Part shown: positions 24,201-36,200 of the stretch, piece after piece | Numbering within the stretch: position 1 is the stretch's first letter | Layout: each line of letters begins with the position of its first letter | Source of the DNA: Lama glama | Taxonomy: Eukaryota | Assembly: GCA_028534125.1 (NCBI GenBank) | Contig: CM052842.1 | Location: 3,720,001 to 3,784,000 of the forward strand | Reading direction: 5' to 3' | DNA length: 64,000 bases | Translations under genes and position numbers: made by a program | Notes under the pieces: model-generated | Told to the model about the DNA's origin: nothing | Database searches by the model: none | The model's input: the letters and a program-made list of their open reading frames with translations, nothing else

Positions 24201-27200
24201 GGAGACACCAGGAGGGAGACACGCGGCACCTGGAGCCCACGGTCAGACTGTGTGCACCCAGCTGGGCAGGGGCGGCAGGAGGGGCCTTCCCAGCAGGGTA
24301 CAGGGGAGGATGGGCCTGCGACGTGGCCGGAGCGCACAGCCCTAAGGGGTGTCGGCAGGTGGCTGGACAATGAATTCAGATTGGGAGGGGCTCAGCCAAG
24401 GGGCCAGAACAATCAAAATGGCAGTCACTAGTCTAGGATCGAGAGACCAAGCTCTGGTCTCAGTCTGACTTCTCACAGACACTCTGTGACATTGCTCGCG
24501 TCCCTTCCCTTCTCTCAGACTTGGTTTCCAATCTGTGACGTGGGGCTGGAGCCCAGTCACGGTCTGTCCCGAGGCAGGTGCTGCCTCACACCAAGATGCC
24601 CTCCCTCCTCCACCCCCTCCCACTCCCCCCTCCACCACTCCTCCCCTTCCCCCTCCTCCTCCCATCCTCACCCACCTTTCAGGCTCAGCTCTAGTGAAAT
24701 TCCTCTGGCCTCGCAATTTGTCCAGCTCCTCCTCCCACATGGTTCCACGTGGGTTGTCACTGTGGTCCCCTGTGGACCCCACAGCCAGCCCGCCAGATGG
24801 GCAGACTCAGGTCCCTGTCCCCATTGCACAGATGAGGGGGTGAGACCCCCAGATGCAGAGAGACTTGCTCAGGGCCACCACCACCAGCTGCTAAGCAGAC
24901 ACTTCCCTCCATCCCCAGGCGACCTTGGCCCTGGCCCCTCTCAGTCCCCTTACTTGTAAATGCTGCGTCCCTGTGCGCCCCAACCCTGGTGTGGACGGAG
25001 TTCCCCACCCCTCCCTCCCCAGCCTGCCTTTGATGAGGCTCAGTGAATTCCAGGAGACAGTCCCAGGGTAGGGAGGGAGCCCAGTTTCTAGGCAGAGACC
25101 CGCTGAGTCTCAGCCCTCATCGCTTTCTGGCTGAGCTTCTGGGACAGATTACTTAACCTTCTGAACTTTAGTTTCATCATTTGCAACAAATACCAAGAAA
25201 AATAAAAGGGGAGGGCGCTACTGTGCGCTACTGTAGGTCAGAGAGAAGTTGGGGATGTGACCCAGTGACGGGGCCCCAAGGCGCAGTGAGCACCAGGCGG
25301 CGAGGCCGTCCTGCTCTCCTGGTTGTGGCCACAGCAGGCAGGTGGGTGGGCTCCTTAGGGCTCAGCCACTGGCCCCTCCCTGCGCTGCAGGAGAGGCTGA
25401 GCTTCGGCACCACCTGTTCCTGGACACCTCCACCCAACACCAGCGCCCCCGTGGTGGTAGCCATGCTGTCCTCCTGCGGCGTCAGGGAGGCACTCGCCCG
25501 GAGGACACTGCTAACTGAACTCCCCAGACCAGCCTTTTCTGCGCTGGCTGATGAAGTGGTCCCTGAGTGATGGGCGCCCCACCCAACTCTCGTCTCAGAT
25601 TTCATTTCAGCCCTTCGTGTTCCCGTCAGGCCATAGCACAGAATAAGCCGTTATCGGTCTTCTACTAAAGTTTCCACGTGCACTGTGGCATTTTGATGTT
25701 AATAGTGAAAATTAGAGTGTGTTTGCATTTGTTTTATGGCCTGCTTTCCAGTGAGCAAAGCTTGTGGATCTCAAAAACTCACTCTAAATGCAGCCCCCAT
25801 CAAATTGCTTGAAGTAACAGATGTTTTTTCCACCTATAGCTCTTTGTTTGCTCCCTTGGAAAATATATATTTTTCTTTCATTTTTCATTTAGAAGCCATT
25901 TCCCTTCAGCAAATCTTTACTGAATGCCAGGCGTCGAGCTGGACACTGCAGATAGAAACACAGCCAGCTTTCTCACAGCAGGGATCTTACCAGAAATAGG
26001 GCACCCTGATATATTCAGGGATCTCAGTGGTTCAGAACCAGACAGTGTGCAGTGAATAATGCACACCCCCTGCACCCTGCGTTGGAAGACCGCCAGTGGA
26101 TGCAGAGCTGCATCCAAGCTAGCCAGGCCCAGGCTGAGAGCAGTGTTTGCACATGGATCGCTGCTCATCTCTCTGGGCCACTCTTCCTGACACACCTGCG
26201 CACCACCTTCCCTGGGCCTGGCCACGGTTTCTCCTGCTTGCCATCCACATTGGTTCACTTGTTCCTTGACCACAGGTATTTACTAAGTACCCACTGTGTG
26301 CAGATTCCACTCTGGGGATGGGAAGTCCTAGCAGCCACTGTCCATGTGCAGAGGAGCCAGATGGAACAGAGCAGAAAGATGCAGAAAGAAACTGACCATC
26401 GTCCAAGCTAAGTGCTGGGACAGAGGTAGTCAGAGCTCTGGTTCTGGGAGAGAGCTTGTCCGCCTCTCCCAGGGCCCAGAGGAGGGTCCCTACGCGGATC
26501 TGGAGAATCAAGGTTGACTCTGTTGCAGCAGAAACGAAGTTACGTAGTTTTGAAGGGGACTCGATACGTGTGTTTAGTTTCTGCTCTTCTCAGTGTTCAT
26601 ACATGATTGCGTCTGTTCTTTATAACCACCTGTGAGAAAGGAATGCTTATCCCAACCGGAATCTAAAGGACGGCTGGCAGTCTATAAGATGCTTCCGGTG
26701 CCTCTTTTTCAAGATGCACATTTTCACCTGCTGGAATGTTGTGGCATCAATATACACACACGAGGTGGTGGCTCCTGTATCTTGGCAGCCTGTTAGGGAA
26801 AATGGAAATCTGTCTGGTCTGGTCAAGTGTCTGTGCTGCAACAGTGCTCGGTGGTGCAGGCAGGGTGGCCCCAAGTCCCTTGATTTGGTGAGGACACAGC
26901 CAGGGGAGGGACCAGCCCCAGGGGACGGAGTGGGTTCGTGGTTCTGGGCCCCAACACAGAGACCCCCCTGAGGCGGACTGCCATTATGGCTGCGGCCCTG
27001 GAGCCACACCCCAACAGGACTCACAATTAAAAACAACTTCCCAAAAAAGCAAACGTTTCCATGTGGCACAGGGAATGTGACTGCCATGCTAATTTATGCA
27101 AGTAATCTTCACGCATCTTCAAATTCCCTCCGACTTCATAAATCTGTTCCAGTTGGAACTCGGTGGTCATTAGAAGTAGATATTTGCCATTCCTTTATTA

Positions 27201-30200
27201 ATAATGATAATTAGGTTAATGGGTTATTTACACATCATCATGGTAATTACCGAGCACATTAAAGAGCTGTTTAGTCACCACCATATTAAGAAGGATCAAA
27301 TGTTCTATGAATAATAATTAGATGAATTGGCTAATTAATAGAATCATTACTTAGTTGTTTTATTAGTAATAATCATAAGTTATTTTGTTGTTAACATTTA
27401 GATGTGTTGGCTAATTTGTCTCTCTTTAATTGTTAGATGAATTGGTTAGTTAGGTATTTTTACTGATGATAAAAAGAAGAGAAAGTGGAACGCCCCCCTG
27501 TGCTGAGCTGGTTTCACACCGTCATTACTCCCTGCTTCATCGATACCAGAGGGGCCTGCAGCCTTTTTGTGACGTTGCGGGGACTGAGAGATGCTCGGAG
27601 GTGGAGTCTGTTACCCAGTTCCATCTTGGTAGCTCTAGGCGGCCTCGCGTTCGGCCCAGGACATCTGAAACCAAAGCCCTACTCTGCATCTCTTCACATC
27701 ATCATTATTACTGCTAGTAAAGCTATCAGTAGTCAGATAGTTTTAGTTTAAAATAACCTTCTAATTTATCGGTTTTAATTCAAATGCTAAAAAAGAGAGA
27801 CAGGAGACTGCCTCGAGTCAGAGCCCCTGTGAGGACCAGCACACACACCCCGACCTTCGTTCCCTAAGGAAGGAAGGGACTCTTCTTCGAAGCAGCACTT
27901 TATGATTCAGCAGATAAATCCTGAGGCGTGCCCGGGCCCGGGCTGACTGCTGGATTCAGCAGGTGCAGACAGTGGTGGTCCCCGCGCTCAGGGAGCTTGT
28001 GGGGTGGGGGAGATCAGCGGAGCCCCAGGTGAGGCCAGAATTCACCCTTCAGTCCGGGAAGAGGCTCTGAAAGCATGGTGTGCACTGTGCAGAGTTTGGA
28101 GACCAGGTTGCTGAGGTGGGTTGGTTTCCAGCAGGAAGAACTGGAAATGGAGTCAGGGGAGGCCCATTCGTCCAGTGTTCCCCCCCGCCCCGATCTGTGC
28201 CTCATTCTCCCAGTAAATGTAGGTGCTACCCCCAAGGACTCGCCGGCACTGAGAGAGCTACACAGAAAACTAGGTCCAGATGCCACCAGAAAGTTTTGTA
28301 GATGCGGCCTTTCTCCGCCCTTTGTTGACCACGAGTGCCCCCAGAGGGAGAAAGGGGAACAGAGCAGGGGAGCGGCAGCCTTGGCCATTGTTTAGTATTT
28401 ATTGCCCTCTAGTGGCGACGCGGCGTTGTTCACTCTGGACGCTCAGCCGTGTTCAGCCCCGTTGACTTCTTCAGATCTTTATAGAGCACCTGCTCTTTGT
28501 CAAGACCTGGGCTTGTCGCTGTGCAGGACAAGATGCAGCGGGAACAAGAGGGCCTTCGGGGGCATGTGGGTCAGACGAGCTCAGTCACGCTGGCCTCGAG
28601 CCTGGCAGAGGGAGTGCTTAATTGTGCCTGGGAAATTGCAGGAATTCCGGAAAGGTGGAGTTGTCCATCCGAGGAGGGGCAGGGGAGGGAGGCACAGCTG
28701 GAGAGACACATGAACAAAGGCCGGAGGTCTGTCTCCGAGAACTTGCATGGGCGGTGATGGACAGACTTGGACAGATCTGTGTTACTCAGCCCAGGTGATT
28801 CGATGCTGAACGGTGCTTGGGAACCACTGTTGTAGAAGGTTTTGGTTAATGAGTCAACCCACTATGGATGTGTGTGTTTATTCATGCAATACATGTTTAT
28901 TTTAAATGTTCAAATACACTAGATAGATACCAGAGTAGATAGTGTAACAGACAGATGTATACCCATCACCCAGACAGTACACATGTTGGCATTTTGCAAA
29001 TTTTACTTCAGATCTTTTCTTTTTGCTTTTGTTCCTTTTTGTTTAAAAAATAAGGTATTTCAAATAAAGCTGCAGGTCCACCCCATCACCGTGTCCTGGA
29101 CCCTCTCCTCCCTCCAAGCACAGCACCACCAGGGGGCTGCTGCCCGCACGTCCGTAACCCAGGCCATGCTCTTTCTTTACAGGGCCCCCCAGGACCACCT
29201 GGCCTCCCAGGCCCCCCTGGACCCGGAGGCCCGCCGGTAAGATAGGTTTTGAGTTTCTCTTCCCAGGGCACTTAGATGGAGATTTCATGGCCCTGGGAGC
29301 TGGGGACATCTTTGTGTGTAGCCACCTGTTGGTTCTTTGTCCAGGACCAGAGCAAAGACACAAAGAAGGAGGGCCCCCCAGACACCCCTGGAGCCCCTTA
29401 GATCAGAAATATCCCCTGAGCTCACGTGGCACGTGGGCTGGCTGCTTCCAGAGATGCGCTGAAGCAGCTTGGGCTGGGCTTGCCCTGCGGGGCTGCTTCA
29501 GGAGTGTGTGGCTTGCCTCTGAGACACACACTCCCCTCCTCCACTTCAGGAGCACCTGGGAAAGTTCCTCTGGAGGCTGAGCTGGGGGGGGGGCGCAGAC
29601 CCAGCTGTGGGCAGAGGGAGGTGGTTCCACCCACCCCACCAGGTAGTAATGACGGTGACAGTGGCCCCAACTGCAGACCAGACAAGCCCTGGGCTGGCCG
29701 GCCTGAGTGGTATGACCACTCCACGTTTCACAGTGGCTCACACTGAGGACAGCCAGATTCCCCCCACCCCCATGTAACTGCCTCGGGGCCCTGTCAGAGC
29801 TAGAGGCCTGGGCTTCTGCCCGGAAGAGCGCTGGGAGAGAAGCTCTGACACTCAGAAGAGGGCAGACTAACCGTTCTCATGTGGTTCCCTTCCCAGGGTT
29901 TACCTGGAGAGATCGGCTTCCCGGGAAAACCTGGGCACCCCGGGCAGGCGGTGAGTGACCGGGGGCCTCCCCCCCGCAACCCCGCATCCTCCCCTCTTCA
30001 TCGCTCTGTGTCCCAGCGGGGGGGGGGCGGGCCCTTCCAGCTGGGGGCACTCCATGCCCTTGCCTCCCTGTCATCGTCAGTGGGGACCCAGGCCCCTGCT
30101 CTCAGCCTGGCTTCTCGGCTCTGTGGTGTCTGCCACATGTTCTGTCTCCGAGGTGCCTCCTCCATGCCCCCAGCGGGGTACAGACTGGAGCACCCTCTTC

Positions 30201-33200
30201 CCAGGCCACCACTTGTGCTCTTGTCACCCAAAGGCCAATTGGAAAGTCCTTTGCTGCTTTGAATGTGACTTCTTGTCTGCAGGGACACCTGCAGAGGGTC
30301 GCAGCAGTGATGGAGGTGGAGACGTGAGAAGTGGTCCAGACGTGGCAGGGCTCCTCCTGTCATCGTCCTGATAGCGCTCCTGCTTTCCCAGCCGGAACCA
30401 TCCTCGGCATCCAGGCCCTCTCATTCCTCTAAGTCCTGAGGGTGGAGCTCGTCCGCCTTTATCTGTGCGTGTAGCGGGTGCAGATTCAGGCTGGGTGTCT
30501 CCTGCCACTTTGTCTGTAGCTCTTCGGGGCAGGCTGGTAGGGGTGGCCCGTGAGCCTCTGATACCCTGTGACCAAGAGGGACCGTCACAGACCTGGCGAT
30601 GGCCCTCGGGAAGCCCTGCTCGCCTGGAAGGGATTTCCTTAGCGCTAGTTCTCTTGTGGGGCCAGCGGGGGGGGGGGAGGCCGTGACGCCTGCAGCACTG
30701 GTGACAGATCCAGACGTTGGAGGAAGGGTGATGGAGGAAAATCAGACTGTGAAGCGCACAGCTGTCCCCTTGTCGCTGGACCACTGGGGGCTGTAGATGG
30801 AGGCACCCAGGAGGCAGGGACAGTGATAGCTGGATGCCGGCACTCCCAGCTCTGCTGAGCTCTGGGTACCACGGCGAAGGGTCTCGAGTGTAAACTCAGT
30901 GCTGTGATGTGCACTCTCAGGTGTTTTCCACATCTGGAACATCCAGTCAACTGTCACCAACAGGCGTTCCTGAACACACAGGCAACGCAGTTTCACCCAC
31001 AAACATTTTCCTACAATGAGCGTGCCGTCTAAGCTCAGACACGTGAATGATCTCGTCTGATCTAATTTTCGTCAGAAAGCATATGCGTCAGTGTGAGCAT
31101 TCAGGAGAGGGCAGGGGTTGCAGGAAGGAGGAAAGAGTCAAAGGCGCCCGTTTATGGTCTATGAGGGGAGGCTCTGGCCGCTGAAGGTTGGAAGCACTGC
31201 TCTTGGGTTTGGTATCTGCTTTTCATCAAGGTCATACTTCCGCTGACCCGAGTGCCCTTGGCCCCCCAGACAAGGCCGTCCCCCGACTCCAGGGGCCCTG
31301 ACTCCCAGGACCCCTGCTCTGGGGCGGCGGGGCTGTCCTCTCAGTAGACCACCAGCCCAGGCTGGAGACGCAAGGAATTAAGAGTCTTGGGTGGCAGGGG
31401 AATCTCTTGGCAGAAGAATTATCAGGTTTATTTTTAAAAGTGACTTTTGCCTGGCCCTTAGGCTGTCAAAGCAATTACATGTAAATATTATCTCAGGCTG
31501 GGGCCTGGCTTCCCTTAAGTCTGTCTTGGGGGACTGTGTGCACCTGATGCGTCATTTAGGGCACAGAAGGGAAAGGGGCACCGGGGTAGCGGAAGGTGGA
31601 GCCAGGAGGCATGGGTTTCAACCCCGTGGGTCCCCATTCCGGGGTGTGGGACATGGAGTAAGTCACTCAGCCCTTCAGAACCGCTGCCTCCTTACCTGCA
31701 GTAGCCCCTGTCCTTACCACGTCCTGGGAGGGGGCAGTACCTCGTATAGAGAGTAGGACACAGCTCCTCGCTGTCGTCATCAGAGATAAAAGGCAGACTG
31801 AGCAGAGCCAGCCCCGTAGACTGACCCCCTGCATGTTGATGGGCAGTGGTGGGGGGCGTAGCGGTGGGAAGGGAGGAGATGGCGGCCGAGAGAGGAGAGC
31901 ACGGGGGTCGTGCGGGCGGTGCCCTCCCCAGGGGCCCCGTGGAGGCTGAAGGCAGACCTGCAACCATCACCGCCAGGTCCAGCCGACCGCAGTGCGTCCC
32001 TCGCCCAGCTTCTGACGGCAGCATTCACTCCAGGCTGGAAACAGCTCAGTGCCCGGCTGCTCTAACGGTGCCTTCCGTGTTGGTCTGTTCTCTCCCCCAC
32101 GGCTCAGGGACCACCAGGGAAGGACGGGCTGGACGGACCCCCAGGCCTGCCGGGACCCAAGGTTGGTGTGAGTCTGGGCACTTGAAACACGGAAGCCAAA
32201 GAGATTTTTGATTGTTCGGGAATTCGGAAGCATGTTGGTGGCCTGGGCCTTGGATCGCGTTTGGAGTCCGGGTCACGCAGGGCTTGGAAATGTTTGGATT
32301 TCTCAGTTCAGATGTGGGTGAGCCCTTATTTCTACTTAGGTAATGGGAAGGATTTGGAGGCCTAGGGCTTTTGAATTATTTTGTTAGTAATATGTATTTT
32401 TTTCACTTGCAAAGAGGAAAACCGTTCAGATACTCTTACAAACATTAGAGACTTCAATTTAAAAAAATATTCTGGTGGGGCTCATTACAGTGAGGTCATT
32501 AAGAGGAGAGTCAGAGGTCAGCTGTCATGAAACTGGGAAGCAGGTTCACCGTTAGCGACTTCAGATGAACAATTAAAAAGCCATATGACCAGTGTCTTAA
32601 CAAGGGAGCGTCACACTCTCACAGCAGACACACCTGAGTCAGCGGTCCTTGAGCGGCAGCTTGTGGGTGTTGTAAGAAAATGCATCTTCCTTTTCAAAAA
32701 GCACACTTTTTCATGACCAGATCCAGAACAAGTATGGACTTAAGTTAATTTTGTGGGCATTTTGTGCAAATATTCTCCATCCTCCTCCCTTATCTTTCAA
32801 GACAAAAGATAAGGGCTCACCTAGTGTTTTGTGCCTCAAGAACACATAGGCACTGTCTTCCTTGCTCTGACTCCCTCGGTAGGGGAAGGGCACCCTTTCT
32901 GCTCCATTATGTCTTGAGAGATCAGAAGTCAGAACCAGTTTGAGCTGCTGGTTTTGATCCCCGTGGTCACACAGGGTTCAGGAAGGTCAGTAGCACGTAA
33001 GGATGAGTGGCTGTCTTCCTTCCAGCCTGTCCCTGGGACCAAGTGTGTCTCCAAGCCCAGCCCCTCCTGTTTACTCTTCTTTGCTTTCCTTCCAGGGAGC
33101 CCCAGGAGAGAGAGGGGACGACGGTCTGCCTGGACAGCCTGGCCCTCGGGTAGGGACCCCGCCTCCTTCCCCATCACGTCTGTCACCCTAAATGGTGTAT

Positions 33201-36200
33201 TTGGGATCATGTGCGAATGGTGACTGACAGAGGGTAGCATCTGTACCAGCTGGGGTCTGGCAGGAGGCAGCCGGGATCCTTGCAAAGAGACGGATTGAAA
33301 GGCTGAGGATGGGATTAGGGGGTCCCCAGTGACACAGCCTAGGATTGGCAGCAAGGGAGAGCCACGCCACCCTAGGGCAGAGGAGTGAGGGAAGCGTTCC
33401 TGGAGCCTGGGGATGTAGCTGAAGGGGAGCCCCTGAGAGAGCGGCAGTCTTGGGAGGGAGGACATGGTTACTGTCTGGTGCATCCTGGGAGGGAAGCGGC
33501 AAGGGGACAAGGCCCCCTCTTCTCTCTCTGTCCCCCCGAGCTTTGCTCTCCTTCCAGTGTTCCCTAGCACCTGGCCCTGCAGACAGCAGGGAAGTCCGGC
33601 TGACCTCTGTTCAGCCTCCAGGGCTCCCAGCAGGTGTAGACATGTGGAAGGCAGATCCGAGGGGGAAGCGAAGCGGAGGCCACCCCACATGCTGCGTGGA
33701 CAGGGCACCTCCTGTGGGTGTGGGGACAGACCCCAAGCGCTGGGTTCGGATCACTTGGTGCCCCAGTTCCCTCCAGGAACCACTGCTTCCCTCAGGCCTT
33801 TCCTGATGGGCTGCGGGGTCTCATTGAGTCGTAAGGTCTCAGCTCCACACCTCAGGTTTCGTCTGGGCTCAGAGTGCAGTGAGCACAGAGGAGAGGGCTG
33901 GACTGTGTGTGCGTGTGCGTGTGCGTGTGCGTGTGCGTGTGTGTATGTGCGCGTGTGCGTGTGTGTGCACGCACGCACTGGGCACAGTCACTGTGGCTCT
34001 GGGGAGCCAGTGCCCGGACCAGAGATTGCATGGGGAGCCCTCTCCCTCCCTACGCAGTGCCCCTCACTCTCCCGGGTCAAGAACTACTTAAAGGCCGTGA
34101 CAGGGTCTTGGGCATCAGTGCTCCCCGCTCCCTGCAGCCCACAGCCCGGCACTTGGTAGGGCCCTGGTCAGGGTTTGCTGGGTGGGGGCTGAATGACAAA
34201 CTCAGCCCAGCAAGGGCACAGACACGGCCTGGACTCAGCCCGGGGGTGACCCTCTGCTCCCGAGGCCGGACTCCGGTCACCTTACTGACCCGTGAAGGGC
34301 TGACTGGCAAATCCGTGGACCCTAGTTCCCCACTGTGTTACTTTTTCAAGACGTGGTCATTCTTTAGAAGATGCAATTCAAATGGAGCCGAGCAGGCACA
34401 GGTGACAACGCAGCCCAGCTCTCTCAGGGACGCCCGGGGGGACTCTGCACAAAAGAGCGTCCACTAGGAGACCCCGTCTTCTGGGCTCCAGATTCCAAGA
34501 ACTTGGCCCTCCTGCTTTTTTCCCGTCCGGGCGCAGCGAACCATCCATCCCACTGCCGCTTGTCAGCACAGCCGTCCTTTGTATTTTAAGACCCAACATT
34601 CACGTTTTAAAAAAATCTTTATGATGATCCCCAGTGATTGAAATGCTGTGTTTTGTCCACACGTCCCCTGCCCTGAGGCGTCGTACGGGGGTGAACCACA
34701 CAGTCTTCTGAGAACCAAGACCACCTTCCAATGTTTGGCTGAAATTCAGTCGTTTTCTGGAAATAACTTAGAGTGTTTGCATAGTTGGCTGTTCTTTTCC
34801 GTGTTGGACTTCATGGACTTTGTGGAGTTGTGTTTCCTCGAATCTGTGAGCCGGCAGATCCTCTGGACTTAGACCGTGTGAGCGTCCACGTTCCAGTCTA
34901 TAGGCTTCGGAAGGAATCCGCTCCCGCCGAGTGCCCTGTGCACGATTCCGTGGAGGAAGGTGATGGATCAGCAGTGCTGGGGTGAAACTAGAGCTGCCTC
35001 CGGGATTTCTTTAGTCTCTCCGTCTGCATGTTCTGTGTTTGTGCTGACCCCTAAGGGCTGGTTCAGAGAAGTTCGTTACTGCAGCACACGTGTCGTTTTT
35101 GTGCGTTTCTAGTGCGATGTGCTCCAAACGTTTCTCTACAAAGTTCAAAACTGTGCATGCCTGCAGTTAGGATGCTTTTATGTCACACTTCGTAGCTTCA
35201 AAGGAGACCTGGCAGGACGTCTCGTTACCTAATTTTGACAACGTGCCAACTAAAGATGAATATCTTTTGAGGACCAATATGGGCACATTCTGACAGCAGT
35301 TCTCAGGTCCACTCAGGGAGAGGACTGCTTGCAGGACAAGCAGACGCATCGACCCCTGAGGCTCCTGTCAAGAGCTGGGATGCCGCCCAGCCCTGCAGTG
35401 GGGGTTATGGCTCAGGGTTCAGAGTACGAATTAAGGGGGCAATTTGGCTGGCCTTCAAAATGCTTCCCCCCCAAACGCAGCCCCACAGCGCCTTTCTCAG
35501 GAGCGATTGCCACGGCAATGGTGCTATCTTCCCAACAGATTTAAAGTGACAGTTTGTATAGCAAGTCTTTGCACAGCTCTTGTTGGAGCAGGTCTTACAA
35601 ATTGCTCTTGTGAACACAGACTTGATGGGAGACTGGGAGGGCGTCCGGAGTTCCTGTGTGCACTCCCTCTGCACACCCGTTCTCCTGCAGGATAAAACGT
35701 GTGCTTAATTGGTTGATGCTAAACAATGCTTTTAGTTTCTTTCTTTTTTTCTTTTTCTTTCTCTGCGGTAAGTGGTGGTGTGGTGCACCCTTCACTGCCA
35801 GTGGAGTCCGGCATAGCTGCAGGAAAACTCTGTGTATGAGCGCCCTCTCATTCATTCACTCACTCATTAATTCATGTGTCCACTGACTTAGCAGAAAACC
35901 ACATTTCCTTATGGAAATCTATGTAGAGGCCTTACTAAGTAGCATAGTGATGTTAGGAAGGAAGTGTCATTCTAGAAGTTAGTGTTTCTCAAGACACACA
36001 GCTGGTTGGAAATTACAGCCCCCGCCCACCCCCAACACACACCTCTTCGCATCAGGGACCTGTAGGGACCTGGTAAGCACAGTGGCCTGATGCTGTCGGG
36101 TCAGAGACCAGGCCCCTCTGGTCCTGCAGCCCCCACTGCCACGTGACCACAACATGCTCATCAGGAAACTCGTGGCTGAGAGCAGAACTTCATCCAGGCC

